Of a stretch of 64,000 bases of DNA, positions 39,598 through 49,857 are shown in pieces (the stretch's first letter is position 1; each line of letters starts with the position of its first letter). The stretch covers positions 32,001 through 96,000 of the forward strand of contig CAXXVK010000052.1 in NCBI GenBank assembly GCA_963676915.2, read 5' to 3'. Below the pieces are notes generated by a model. The model was not told the DNA's origin. It was given only the letters and a program-made list of their open reading frames with translations, and searched no databases. The translations under genes were made by a program, and so were the position numbers. The DNA is from Myxococcota bacterium (GTDB lineage: Bacteria; Myxococcota_A; SURF-8; G963663525).

Positions 39598-42372
39598 TCA
39601 CTCGAAGTTGATGTCCCATGCGTGGATCCAGTCGAAGGGGAAACGAATTCCCAGTTCATCATAGGCGATAAACAGACGCTTGTTCTTTTTCGGCGTGAGC
39701 GGATAGAGCACTTCGTCACCTTCAACCGTCAACTTCAGATGATAGTCCGAAGGATCGATCGAAACCTTACCTTCCACCCAATACACGTCACCGGGTTTCG
39801 CGTTTTGCGACACCTTCCCGCCCCCGAGATCCTGCTTGAATTCACCTGAGCGGTGTTTTTTGCGCTTTTTCGCCTTGCCGGTCAAACGATACATCAGAGG
39901 TCGTCCCGCCAAATCGATGTCATCGACCAGCAAAGACAACCTAAACCCACCAGGAACCGGAGAAGCCATACAACCCCATAACTCCTGATTTTGTCCCAGC
40001 TTTTTCACACGCAACCCCAACTCGGGGAAGTTTTTCTTAAGTTGTTTGTAAAGCTCTGCCTTTTCAACGCCTTGTTCCCGCCACAAAGCGAGTTGAGCTT
40101 TCGCCTCGTCCAAGCGCTCATTTTCTTCGCTGGAAAGCCGATGACAGCTCAATGGATATTGAGGATTGGTCTCTTTCAGATCCAACGGAGTCAGTCGGTC
40201 TTTGATGCGCAGCCCGAAGGAAAGATCCCATTCACCACGATGAAACGCCAATACCGTACGAACGATGTAAAGTCTCCCGGGAACCCACTCAAATGCCGGA
40301 ATCCTGGGAAGAATCCGCATTGTCGTGTCTCCCAACTCTTTACGAAGATCGTGATCTTCCTGCCTGGGCAATCCGTACAAGAACACCCAATAACCAGTAG
40401 AAATCGGGCGTTCGGCAGACATCACCAGCGTCAGTTCCTTCCGTCCGTCCGCCAGATCGTCCACACGGAATCCGTGCCATTGGATCGGGCCGACACGACT
40501 TTCCTTGCGTGGAGAGGTCAGCAAAGAGGTGACATCGTTCAGATCCACATTTTTCCCCAGAGATAACGCGACGTTATACCGCGCAACTGCTGCCGGCAGA
40601 TCTTTGCGTGCCGGGTCGATACGTTCCTGCCAATATTTTACGCTGTCTTCCTTCCCCCATTTGAGCGAACAATCCAGCGACTCGTCGGGATCATCCACCA
40701 GTTCGTAGGGACCGTGCACCATCGAGGTAAAATAGCGGGCGAAATCGGAGCTCGGATGCACCACCTTACGTTTGACCGTCGAGTGATCCCAATCGCCGCG
40801 AAGATCGAAAATATAGAATCTGCGATAGGAAATAAAAGAGTATTTCTTGCACAGATAAGCCAGCATGTTTTCGTTCATATGATGGGAATGCACGAGGTAA
40901 CGGCCATATTTTCCCGTGCGAACCATCGACTTGAACTGCTCCTGCTTGATCGGCTTGAACCGGCGGTCGATGTAATAGTTGAATTCCATCCGCAATCCAC
41001 CCGCCGTGACCAGCACGTATTCGTCCGGCTCACTGTTTTGCTGCACCAGCAATCCGGCGAGATCGTAATCCAACTCGTAATCGAACTTCGTACCCGACTG
41101 CATGGACTCGATCGACTTGGAATACTCATAAATAGGATGGGCGCGCTTGACGAAAAACTTCGGTCCACCGTAAACCACGGCGGAAAGACCGAAAACCACC
41201 AGAACTCCTATCGAAACCGGGCGACTGAAACGAGCGACGAGTTTTCCCAATCGAACCAGTCCTACACCCGAAGCAAACGCGAAAAACGGCGCCATATACC
41301 AAGCGGTGTATTCGTGAATGTAGGCGGCGGACTTCAGAGGAATCGCGTAACATAGTCCGGTTCCAAGGAACGAAAGGATGTAGCCGTCTGTCCGATCGAC
41401 TCGACGTTTCCATAACCGTGCAAGGAGATCCACAAGGTAATAGGATGACAATAAGTAAGCCATCGGCGTGAAAAACGCGTAATAGTAGTTCCAACGCTCC
41501 ATCAGTTTCTTGTAGGGAACCAATCCTCCGCCACCCATTTTGTGGCGTCCCATAAAGAGGTTGATGAAGCTGTTCCAACTATCCTGCATTCCCTTCAAAT
41601 GCCAGATCACAAGCCCCAGGGTCACGAACACCGCCAACACGAACACCAGGTGAAATCCCCAGCGTTTCCGGTCGTGAGACAGGCGTGCGATTCCCGTAAA
41701 CAACCAGAAAAAGAAGAGAAACGGGAACATCGGATAGTCGGAGAAACACCCGGTAAACATGAACAGAAAAATCATCGCCGCATACACGGGACGAGGACTT
41801 CTCAGGTATCGTTCGTAAAAGAAAATCATTCCCGCCATGGAGGCGAAAATCCCCATCTCGTAATTCACGAAATTCAGGTATGTCGAATAAATGGGGATAA
41901 ACGTCAGATACAACAAGGAAAAGAAGATCTTGTCGTATCCCCAGAGATTGCGGAACCCGAAAAACAAAAACAGCAGCGCCGCCCAGGAAAACACCGCCAT
42001 GGTGAAACGCGCCCGGCTGGGAGCTTCACCGAAGACCTTGAAAACCACGGACAGAGCCAAGTTTGTCATCGGCGGATGATGCCAGTAGTAATTGAATCGA
42101 TCCGCTTTGCCGTCTTTACCGTAGTGTTCACCAAGGTTGTCCATCGTTCCAAGTTTGGAATCGATGTAACCATAGCGGAGGTAATTCTGTGCGTTATGCG
42201 ACCGCCTCGCCCCAGCCCAGCCATGATGATGAAACAAGAAGTCCTGAGCCGTATTGGCAAGACTGAAAAGCATGTAAATCGCGAACAGAGCCGCGATCAG
42301 CGAAAGCCAAAGCCAGCGGTACGAAGTCCGCGTCTCTTCCGGCATCGTGGGATTTATATCGTTGTAATCCAT
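39598..42372 (-). CDS. GT-C fold (family 39/ArnT-like) glycosyltransferase with long soluble C-terminal extension
   Basis: YYWHHPP loop, about 11 TM segments, IHEY; more than 450-aa C-terminal region. Confidence 0.75.
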   Translation of the reverse strand: MDYNDINPTMPEETRTSYRWLWLSLIAALFAIYMLFSLANTAQDFLFHHHGWAGARRSHNAQNYLRYGYIDSKLGTMDNLGEHYGKDGKADRFNYYWHHPPMTNLALSVVFKVFGEAPSRARFTMAVFSWAALLFLFFGFRNLWGYDKIFFSLLYLTFIPIYSTYLNFVNYEMGIFASMAGMIFFYERYLRSPRPVYAAMIFLFMFTGCFSDYPMFPFLFFFWLFTGIARLSHDRKRWGFHLVFVLAVFVTLGLVIWHLKGMQDSWNSFINLFMGRHKMGGGGLVPYKKLMERWNYYYAFFTPMAYLLSSYYLVDLLARLWKRRVDRTDGYILSFLGTGLCYAIPLKSAAYIHEYTAWYMAPFFAFASGVGLVRLGKLVARFSRPVSIGVLVVFGLSAVVYGGPKFFVKRAHPIYEYSKSIESMQSGTKFDYELDYDLAGLLVQQNSEPDEYVLVTAGGLRMEFNYYIDRRFKPIKQEQFKSMVRTGKYGRYLVHSHHMNENMLAYLCKKYSFISYRRFYIFDLRGDWDHSTVKRKVVHPSSDFARYFTSMVHGPYELVDDPDESLDCSLKWGKEDSVKYWQERIDPARKDLPAAVARYNVALSLGKNVDLNDVTSLLTSPRKESRVGPIQWHGFRVDDLADGRKELTLVMSAERPISTGYWVFLYGLPRQEDHDLRKELGDTTMRILPRIPAFEWVPGRLYIVRTVLAFHRGEWDLSFGLRIKDRLTPLDLKETNPQYPLSCHRLSSEENERLDEAKAQLALWREQGVEKAELYKQLKKNFPELGLRVKKLGQNQELWGCMASPVPGGFRLSLLVDDIDLAGRPLMYRLTGKAKKRKKHRSGEFKQDLGGGKVSQNAKPGDVYWVEGKVSIDPSDYHLKLTVEGDEVLYPLTPKKNKRLFIAYDELGIRFPFDWIHAWDINFE

Positions 42373-42376
42373 GAGT

Positions 42377-43366
42377 TCAGGCTTTATCCAACCGCAGCTC
42401 ATCCTTCTCGGGTTTCTTCATCGGTGTAAATAGCCATACGACATACCCGAGCGACCCTAGCAGCAAAAAGAAGTTTACAAACAGCAACAACGAAAATGCG
42501 ACGGCTTCTTCATGACCTACACCAACCGTCGAAAACAAATAAATCAGCGTGGCTTCCCTCGTGCCGATCCCCGAAACCGTCACCGGCACCAGCGCCACAA
42601 GGGTGGCAATCGATATGAAAAACGCAATGTTTCCATACGATACGGAAATGTTCAAACTCGATGCCAGACACCAACACCCCAGAAAGAAGCCGATGTAAAT
42701 GACAACTGTCATCAGGATCGGAATCACCAACCGGGGCTGGATCATTTGTAACGTAGCCTCTCGGAAACTGGCGAAAAGCTCGTCTGCATCCGATTTGAAC
42801 TTACGAAACAGCATCGCCTTGAACAGCGTATCCAGGATTTTCCCAGCTACCGAGCGTCGAAGCGCTACGAAAGAAAACCCAAGAATTCCGGCACTTAACG
42901 CCAGAAACAGGCAACCGAATCCACCGATGAGATCGAGATGCCAGATTCCGAAAAATCCTACGACGAACAGCAACTCGATATCCATCAAGCGGTCCGCCAG
43001 CACAGAACTCAGCCCAACCGATTTCGAGGCCAATCCATAATGTTTGACCCAGAGAATTTTCAGAAATTCCCCGACTCTCGCCGGAGTGATCATTCCGAAA
43101 TATTGGGCGGCCGTATAGATTTTCAAGGCGTCCGATGCACGAGCAGGAATTTTCTGCAAGCGCATCAAATACCACCAGCGCAGCCCTTTGGTCACGATCA
43201 TGACAAGGTTCAGCACGATGGCGAGAACAAACATCACAAGGTCGATATGCTTAAGAATTTCGAGGAGTTTCGACCAGTCTACCCGCCAGAGAATTACAAC
43301 GAGAATCACAAGCCCCAACACACGCAGGACTTTCGTTGGTTTCAAGGCGGTGGCTCCGTCTTTCAC
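42377..43366 (-). CDS. UPF0104 / LPG-synthase TM flippase-like protein
   Basis: KGLRW, TPARVGE, DRLMD, PVTVSGIGTREA. Confidence 0.88.
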   Translation of the reverse strand: MKDGATALKPTKVLRVLGLVILVVILWRVDWSKLLEILKHIDLVMFVLAIVLNLVMIVTKGLRWWYLMRLQKIPARASDALKIYTAAQYFGMITPARVGEFLKILWVKHYGLASKSVGLSSVLADRLMDIELLFVVGFFGIWHLDLIGGFGCLFLALSAGILGFSFVALRRSVAGKILDTLFKAMLFRKFKSDADELFASFREATLQMIQPRLVIPILMTVVIYIGFFLGCWCLASSLNISVSYGNIAFFISIATLVALVPVTVSGIGTREATLIYLFSTVGVGHEEAVAFSLLLFVNFFLLLGSLGYVVWLFTPMKKPEKDELRLDKA

Positions 43367-43369
43367 CGG

Positions 43370-44248
43370 CTAATCCCCCGGAGAACCTCGCCGGATCATC
43401 GAAATCAGATCCGCGAGGATGCCGAAAAAGAACAGAAGAAATCCGAAAACGAAAATCACAACGGCGGTATTCGGGAACCGCCCGTAAGCGAAAATCCCGA
43501 AAATAGCGTACAACATTCCGAAAACACAGAACAAAAAGCTTCCCGGCAGAAAGATTTTCAGAGGATTGAACAGCGCCACCGAGCGGATGATCAGCATGAT
43601 GGTCTGCAATCCGTCGCGAACCATGTTGACGTTGCTTTTGCGCCCCAACCGTTCGAACGTATTGATCGGGACCCACTTGATTGAATATCCGCCCAGCAAG
43701 AACGCCATGGTGCTGGTTGTGGAGATGGAAAAGCCGTTGGGATAGATGTGGAGAAATTCTTTGAAGGCTTTGAGGCGGATGATTCGAAATCCACAGTTGA
43801 GATCGGGAATTTTGGTACCGGAAAGGTAGTTGGCAGTCAGGGAAAGCACCTTTTTGCCAGGCATCCGGCTAAGTTGCACGTCGGAGCCTTTTTGACGCAC
43901 ACCGACCACCATATCGTAATCTTCGGCATCTTCCACCATCCGGGGAATGTCTTCCGGGTTGTGCTGTCCGTCGGAGTCCAGCATCATGATGAAATCCGTC
44001 TCGGCCCTGCGCGCTCCCGCTTTTACCGCTGCACCGTACCCCTTGTTATAGGGCTGTTGTAGCAACGTGCAGTACTCGAATTCTCGAACGACATCGGCGG
44101 TGCGATCGGTCGAACCGTCATCCACCACAAGAATCGGCCATTCGTGCTCTTTCGCTATAGGAATCAGTTTTTCCAGTACGTTACGAATCCCGACTTCTTC
44201 GTTGTAAGCCGGAATGATAATCGACAGGCTCAATTTCTGATCGTCCAT
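43370..44248 (-). CDS. GT2 polyprenol-phosphate glycosyltransferase (DPM1/GtrB-like)
   Basis: IIPAYNEE, VDDGSTD, NKGYGAA, DSDGQH, DLNCGFR, two C-terminal TM helices. Confidence 0.93.
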   Translation of the reverse strand: MDDQKLSLSIIIPAYNEEVGIRNVLEKLIPIAKEHEWPILVVDDGSTDRTADVVREFEYCTLLQQPYNKGYGAAVKAGARRAETDFIMMLDSDGQHNPEDIPRMVEDAEDYDMVVGVRQKGSDVQLSRMPGKKVLSLTANYLSGTKIPDLNCGFRIIRLKAFKEFLHIYPNGFSISTTSTMAFLLGGYSIKWVPINTFERLGRKSNVNMVRDGLQTIMLIIRSVALFNPLKIFLPGSFLFCVFGMLYAIFGIFAYGRFPNTAVVIFVFGFLLFFFGILADLISMIRRGSPGD

Positions 44249-44278
44249 CGGACTCCTCTCCAAACGCAACAGGCCGTA

Positions 44279-45703
44279 TCAACTCCAGATTTTCAGATGA
44301 TCCCCTGCGATGCGCATCAACTGGCCCAGTTCTTCTGTGTTACCAGTCATTTTAAGCGTTCGAAGTGCTCGTTTGGGGTTCAGGTAGTATTTCATGTACG
44401 CCTTGCGAATGGCAGCCCGGATGTCGTCGGTCGAAAGGTGATTGTAATTCACTACGGCGGAATAATTCTGGTCAAAATCTTCCCAGCTTGTTGAAAGCAA
44501 CCAGTCGTTTTCACTGGCAATTTTGTTGAATTTCGTACCGGGATACGGTGCCGCAACGGCAAAATTGGCGAGATCCAACGGAAGCTCGCAGGCGAAATTC
44601 ATCGTGCGTTCCATCGACTCCTTCGTGTCGCCGAGCAATCCCATGATGAAGTAGCCCCAAACCCTGATCCCGGCCTTTTTCGTGGCCAAAACGGTTTTTC
44701 TCGCCAACTCCACAGAGGCTTTGCCACCTTTTTCCACAGACTTAAGCACGTCGTCGTCGCCGGATTCGATACCGTACGCGATCATCCAGCAACCGGCACG
44801 CTTCATCCAACCCAGCATTTCTTCATCTATGGTATCCACGCGACTGTTGCAAATCCAACGAACCTTCAACCCGTTTTCCACAATCAGGCGGCACAGGTCG
44901 AGAACGATTTGCTTGTCGATCGTGAAGGTATCCGAGTGGAACATGATGTTATCGACACCAAGCGTTCCCAAATGGACCAATTCCTTATAGATCGACTCCG
45001 CCGAGCGTTTGCGCACGCGACGTCCCCACATGATCGGCTGTCGGCAATAATTGCAGGGATACGGGCACCCACGAGAGTGAAGCACGAAGGTGTAATTGCT
45101 GCCGATAAACGGCAACCGGTGCTTTTCGACCGGCAACAGGTCATGAGCCGGAATCGGCAGGCTATCCAGATCGTCGATATACGGACGTTCCTCGGTGACA
45201 ACGGGTGTGCCTTCCTCATCGCGAAAAGCAACCCCTTTGACCCTGAAAAGATCCCCTTCCTTCTCTACCGTTTGGATCAACTCAAGGATGCTGCCTTCGA
45301 TTTCCCGGCAGATCACGTAATCCAGAGAAGGATATTCATTGAGAGTCGCTTCGGGCAACGCCGTTACATGAGGACCACAAGCAATGGACTGCGCCCCAAC
45401 GGTTTTACCGTAATACGACGCCATCAGGTCATTGCTGACAATCGAACTGATCGGGTTGGTAACAACCCACCGGGGCCGATGCTCGACGAGGTATTTTTTG
45501 ACGAACTCCCAGTCATATCCGGAAGCGATACAATCGAGCAGATCCACAGTATACCCGGCTTCCCGCATGATAGCCGCCGGATAGGCCAAAGATGTCTGGG
45601 GCCAGATAGTCCGTTCGCTGCTACGACGCCCCGAACGGTTGACATCGCGAATATAGATATAGTCGTCGGGTGACGGCGGATTGATAAATAGAATATCCAA
45701 CAT
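44279..45703 (-). CDS. B12-binding radical SAM protein (HpnJ-like architecture)
   Basis: FINPP, IWPQTSLAY, GPHVT, SRGCPYPCNYC, DTFT, GIESG, APYPGT. Confidence 0.92.
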   Translation of the reverse strand: MLDILFINPPSPDDYIYIRDVNRSGRRSSERTIWPQTSLAYPAAIMREAGYTVDLLDCIASGYDWEFVKKYLVEHRPRWVVTNPISSIVSNDLMASYYGKTVGAQSIACGPHVTALPEATLNEYPSLDYVICREIEGSILELIQTVEKEGDLFRVKGVAFRDEEGTPVVTEERPYIDDLDSLPIPAHDLLPVEKHRLPFIGSNYTFVLHSRGCPYPCNYCRQPIMWGRRVRKRSAESIYKELVHLGTLGVDNIMFHSDTFTIDKQIVLDLCRLIVENGLKVRWICNSRVDTIDEEMLGWMKRAGCWMIAYGIESGDDDVLKSVEKGGKASVELARKTVLATKKAGIRVWGYFIMGLLGDTKESMERTMNFACELPLDLANFAVAAPYPGTKFNKIASENDWLLSTSWEDFDQNYSAVVNYNHLSTDDIRAAIRKAYMKYYLNPKRALRTLKMTGNTEELGQLMRIAGDHLKIWS

Positions 45704-45717
45704 GATTCAATCGTCCT

Positions 45718-46515
45718 TCAGTCTCGTTTTACTCCGTGTACGAACATCCCCCATCCCAGGCGACGCAGGCCCGGAATTTTACCGATCAGACGATCGAAAT
45801 CGACGAGTTTCTCGGTCACATCGGGGGTAATGGGCAAATATTTCGAAAAATCGATCAGATCAGGAAAACCGCATAGAGGATATGCGATGTAACCGAAGAA
45901 TTCGACGTTTTTTACCTCGAATTTCCGGCTGATTTCCCTGACGAGTTCGTTGGCGTTCATGTTGCGGTGGTCGTCGGAAAAATGTTCGCCGTGATTGGCG
46001 ATTTTCCGGGGCAGTTCGCTAAGTACGGACTTGTTGGTGTCGGCGATCACCATTTCCCCACCCGGTGCAAGCACTCGGGCCATTTCTTCGATACCACGCC
46101 TCGGATCGGGCAAATGATGCAGCAGCGAGCGAGCCACGACAGCCGAAAACGTCCCGTCCTCGAAAGGCAGGTTTTCGCTGTCGCCCACCAACGCTTCTCC
46201 CAAACGAAGCTTGGCTTTTTCAATCATCATCGGGGAGATATCCAACCCGGTGATGCGTTCTTTCATTTCGGGATAGACAAAACCTAAAATGCCGTTTCCG
46301 CAACCGTTGTCCAGAATCCGGCCTTCGACCGCTTTCGGAGAAAGCATTTCCACCATTCGCTGAGTCCAGCGGGTGTGATAGCAACGGGAATGAGGCAACA
46401 GGTAACGCTTTTCTTCATAGTCTTCGGACACGCGATCCTGCACACAGACTTCCGCTTCCTTCCATTCCCTGCCGCATTTTTCGCATTTACCCATTTCGGT
46501 CACGTCCTTCGGCAC
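45718..46515 (-). CDS. Class I SAM-dependent methyltransferase
   Basis: ILDNGCGNG, GLDIS, LPFEDGTF, LHHLPDP, RVLAPGG. Confidence 0.92.
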   Translation of the reverse strand: MPKDVTEMGKCEKCGREWKEAEVCVQDRVSEDYEEKRYLLPHSRCYHTRWTQRMVEMLSPKAVEGRILDNGCGNGILGFVYPEMKERITGLDISPMMIEKAKLRLGEALVGDSENLPFEDGTFSAVVARSLLHHLPDPRRGIEEMARVLAPGGEMVIADTNKSVLSELPRKIANHGEHFSDDHRNMNANELVREISRKFEVKNVEFFGYIAYPLCGFPDLIDFSKYLPITPDVTEKLVDFDRLIGKIPGLRRLGWGMFVHGVKRD

Positions 46516-46749
46516 TTAATATGCCTCTCCAATATAAACACCTACGAAGTCACGCATAATAAAAAGGTAGACGGTCGAAGTCAAGGGAAAGAAAGTATCG
46601 AAAATGTTCGAGTATTTGCCATCGAACAACAGCCCCACTCATACAATATTTTGGCTTGTGCCGTTCACGAAAAACCTGCATCTCGAATACGATTTGCAGT
46701 AGTATAGAAGGAAAAATCAAGGACATTCTGACGAAGCGGTGGTTTGAAA

Positions 46750-47331
46750 ATGCGTGAAAACCTTTTGGGGAAAACGACGGTGATCCGACCACTTGAAAAA
46801 GCCGACCTGAAAACGATTTGGCATTGGTGGAACAACAGAGAGCTGATGGCGGAGGTTTTGGCAGAGGATTTTTCCATCAGCTTGCAAGAACTCGAAGAAA
46901 AGTACTGGCCAGCCTGGGAAAATCCAGCACCACACGGACCTTTCATTTATCTAATCTGCCTGAACCAAAAACCTATTGGGGAGATAAATCACACCTTGCA
47001 TAAGAAAGAGGCGAACCTTGCAGAAATCCATCTAAAAATCGCCGAACCGACATTGTGGGGAAAAGGTTATGGAAAAGATGCATTGACCACCTATTTGGAC
47101 TACCTATTGAAAGTAGAACATATCCATCGCATTCATGCCAAACCAGGCAGCCATAACAGACGGATGCAGTCTCTGTGCCGTAAACTGGGGTTTACGGAAA
47201 TTGAACGTGTTGAGATAAAAGAAGTTATGGGCAAAAAATACCACGATCTCCAGGAAATCACGTTTGAGTTGACACAGGAAAAATGGGAAAAACGCAATCC
47301 GCATTCGTTCCGAAAAAAGTCCCCAAACTGA
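46750..47331 (+). CDS. GNAT (RimJ/RimL-like) N-acetyltransferase
   Basis: IRPLEKADL, WGKGYG, N.RMQSLCRKLGF. Confidence 0.88.
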   Translation: MRENLLGKTTVIRPLEKADLKTIWHWWNNRELMAEVLAEDFSISLQELEEKYWPAWENPAPHGPFIYLICLNQKPIGEINHTLHKKEANLAEIHLKIAEPTLWGKGYGKDALTTYLDYLLKVEHIHRIHAKPGSHNRRMQSLCRKLGFTEIERVEIKEVMGKKYHDLQEITFELTQEKWEKRNPHSFRKKSPN

Positions 47332-47378
47332 TTTCATTCATGGATCGGGATCTAGACTCCCAACGGTAATACCTGCCC

Positions 47379-49184
47379 TTAAAACGTCGAAGAGGAAACC
47401 ACAACCTGATCCCGATGAATTTCCGTACCTTCGTAGCGATACACGACGGTATAGGTCGAACTCGCCAAGTCACGGATTTCCGTAGTAACTTTCAAGGGAG
47501 ACGAACTGCGGTTCCATCGCGAATACACTGGTATTTCATCCAATGTAATCATATCTCCATCGATCTGTACATCCACATAAAGTTCCCACAGGCCAGTATT
47601 GTATTCCCGACCTTGATGCACAGCATCGAATCCGGTGCTGTTCGCGACGAATTGCGTGCTTTCTCCCGAGGCTGAGGCTGTGTGATTCGTGATTGCCGTT
47701 ACGTTACGCGGTACGACCACCGTGTCGGACAAACGATCTCCCAACCGGGTTTCCAGGGTAATCGTGTAGGAAGCGGGAAACAGGGAACCAATCGTATAGA
47801 CAAACTGTCGTTTGCAATATCCCGAGCTGCACTCATCGACCGTAACGACTTCGAGAACTTCCAGTTGATTCTGCTGCTGATCGAATTCGAATCTCGGAGT
47901 GCTCATACAGATGGCATCCGGGGTACTGTCGCCGATGTGGTGAACGATCACCTTTCCGTTGGACCAATAGGCATGTAACGCATGAGACGTATCGAAGGAA
48001 AAGTCATCCAGGCAATCGGTACCGGGAGACTGAACGCTCTCCAAAACACCCATTTCCGGTATGGGAACCTCTATTTCCTCTTCTTGCTCCGGTTCCAGTT
48101 CCACTGCGGCTTCCTCTTCCTCCTCGTCCCCATCCGTCAGGTCGGTTTTCGCTGTAAAAGAAAAGGAATAGCTACCCAACTCGTTGTCGCTTTCGTCCAT
48201 CAACCCTTCTTCGAGACGAATGGTATACGTCACGCCTTCCTGCAACCAGTTGGAGGCATCCAGCATCATGGACAACGACCGGTGATCGTCCTGCCAATCC
48301 GCCGAGAAAACCATCGTCGTGCCATCGTCGCCTTTCCAGCTAAGATCGTCTTCCAAATCGAAAGCGTAGATTTTCATTGGCTCGGAAAACGCTACCAACA
48401 CGTAATCCCGATCGAGCGAAACGAAAGAGCCATCAGCAGGATCGGTATACTCGACTTCGGGAAGCAAATCCTCCACTTCTTCCACATCCATATCCGCCGG
48501 AGGTTGCCCTTGGACCGTGAATTGGAATTCGTAGCCGGAAAACTCGAAACCGTCCTCGTCGAAAATGTCTCCGCCTTTTATCGTGACCGTGTAAACAGCC
48601 CCTGAAATCAGAGGGTTGATCAGGGTCAGTCGAAGTTGCCGGTTCAACGGGCGTTCCTGTCCTTGGTAATCGATCGTCCCTGCCTGGTCGATCCAGTCAT
48701 TCAGATAACTTTGACGCTCGCCGTAGGTTTCTACGGTCACGAGGTTTCGCGTTGCTACGTTGGGATGGGTCCAGACCGGACGAGAGAACACGATATCAAT
48801 ATTGAGCAATGTCCCTGGAACCACTTCGTCTGCATGGGGAGATGTGGACAATACCGTCGGTCCGGGGTCGATCTCTTCTTCCTCCTCCAAATCGGCATCC
48901 GCGCCATACAGACAATCTCCATTCTCGCAGATCTTTCCTTGAGCGGAGCAATCGGCGCGATCTTCCCAGTAATTGTCTGCACAGACCTGTGCCACCTGAA
49001 GCCGATCCGGGTCGCAACGCTGCACACCGGATTGGCATTCGATCTGGTTTTCCAGTTCCGTAACGGGCTGGTCGTCATCGGCTTGCGGACCGGAGCCGCC
49101 GCTATCGGAGCATCCCGCACCGAAGGCAACGGCCAACAGCAACCACCCCACAAGGATCAAACGCTTTAAATTGCTTATCCCCAT
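47379..49184 (-). CDS. Lipoprotein with two Ig-like (Big_5-type) domains and acidic linkers
   Basis: Lipobox FGAGC; PTVLSTSP..FS, PEVEYTDPADG..FSEPM, YSFSFT. Confidence 0.75.
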   Translation of the reverse strand: MGISNLKRLILVGWLLLAVAFGAGCSDSGGSGPQADDDQPVTELENQIECQSGVQRCDPDRLQVAQVCADNYWEDRADCSAQGKICENGDCLYGADADLEEEEEIDPGPTVLSTSPHADEVVPGTLLNIDIVFSRPVWTHPNVATRNLVTVETYGERQSYLNDWIDQAGTIDYQGQERPLNRQLRLTLINPLISGAVYTVTIKGGDIFDEDGFEFSGYEFQFTVQGQPPADMDVEEVEDLLPEVEYTDPADGSFVSLDRDYVLVAFSEPMKIYAFDLEDDLSWKGDDGTTMVFSADWQDDHRSLSMMLDASNWLQEGVTYTIRLEEGLMDESDNELGSYSFSFTAKTDLTDGDEEEEEAAVELEPEQEEEIEVPIPEMGVLESVQSPGTDCLDDFSFDTSHALHAYWSNGKVIVHHIGDSTPDAICMSTPRFEFDQQQNQLEVLEVVTVDECSSGYCKRQFVYTIGSLFPASYTITLETRLGDRLSDTVVVPRNVTAITNHTASASGESTQFVANSTGFDAVHQGREYNTGLWELYVDVQIDGDMITLDEIPVYSRWNRSSSPLKVTTEIRDLASSTYTVVYRYEGTEIHRDQVVVSSSTF

Positions 49185-49299
49185 GTCAAACTCCCAGGTC
49201 CGTCCATCCATTCATCTCTCTTGGGGTGAGACGAACGTGTTGCGAATTTTTCGACCCGTTTTCGCCCCCACAGCGAATTTTACGAGGATTCTTGAAGGC

Positions 49300-49857
49300 T
49301 TACATACCTTTGATAATGTACCACTTGTCATCCATCTTTTCCAGCACCATCTGGTTCGAATCGTTTTTGGCATACCAGATTTCTTTGTCGAAGTTGTCTT
49401 CCATCTTCGGCTCGGCGCCTTCCATGACCATTTTTTCCTCGAAACGAGGCGGCGGCATTTTGAAGTTCAACACAAAATTGTATCGGACCTTGGCCACGTT
49501 TTCGTCTTCGGAAAACTCGATTTTCTTATAAATGATGGTCAATTTGATCGACGTGATCTGCCGGAATTCCTCGGATTGAAGAAAATCGAGCAACCCATTG
49601 TAATCATAGTTGTTTCGGCTGTTGGTATCGCCGTTTTTTTCGAAATAGTTGTTCGATGCCAGCGCGGTGAGCATATCGATGTCCCGGTCCTCGACCGCGT
49701 GCCGATAACTTTCGACCACTTTGATGATCTCACGGGTTCTCGAATTGTCTTCGATCTGCGTGCCTTCGATTCGTTTCTTACGGCATCCCCCGGCAAGCGA
49801 GAGCAAAACGAGAATCAGCAAAACCATCGTAAAAGTATGTGTCGTGAAACGTATCAT
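49300..49857 (-). CDS. Lipoprotein, NTF2/SnoaL-like fold candidate
   Basis: Lipobox LAGGC; YRHAVEDRD..L..LAS..Y; C-terminal WYIIKGM; abuts gspN. Confidence 0.65.
   Translation of the reverse strand: MIRFTTHTFTMVLLILVLLSLAGGCRKKRIEGTQIEDNSRTREIIKVVESYRHAVEDRDIDMLTALASNNYFEKNGDTNSRNNYDYNGLLDFLQSEEFRQITSIKLTIIYKKIEFSEDENVAKVRYNFVLNFKMPPPRFEEKMVMEGAEPKMEDNFDKEIWYAKNDSNQMVLEKMDDKWYIIKGM

Noticed and set aside
46750-47331. AT-rich opposite-strand GNAT as a toxin or resistance cassette
   Set aside because: No antitoxin, att site or mobility signature adjacent
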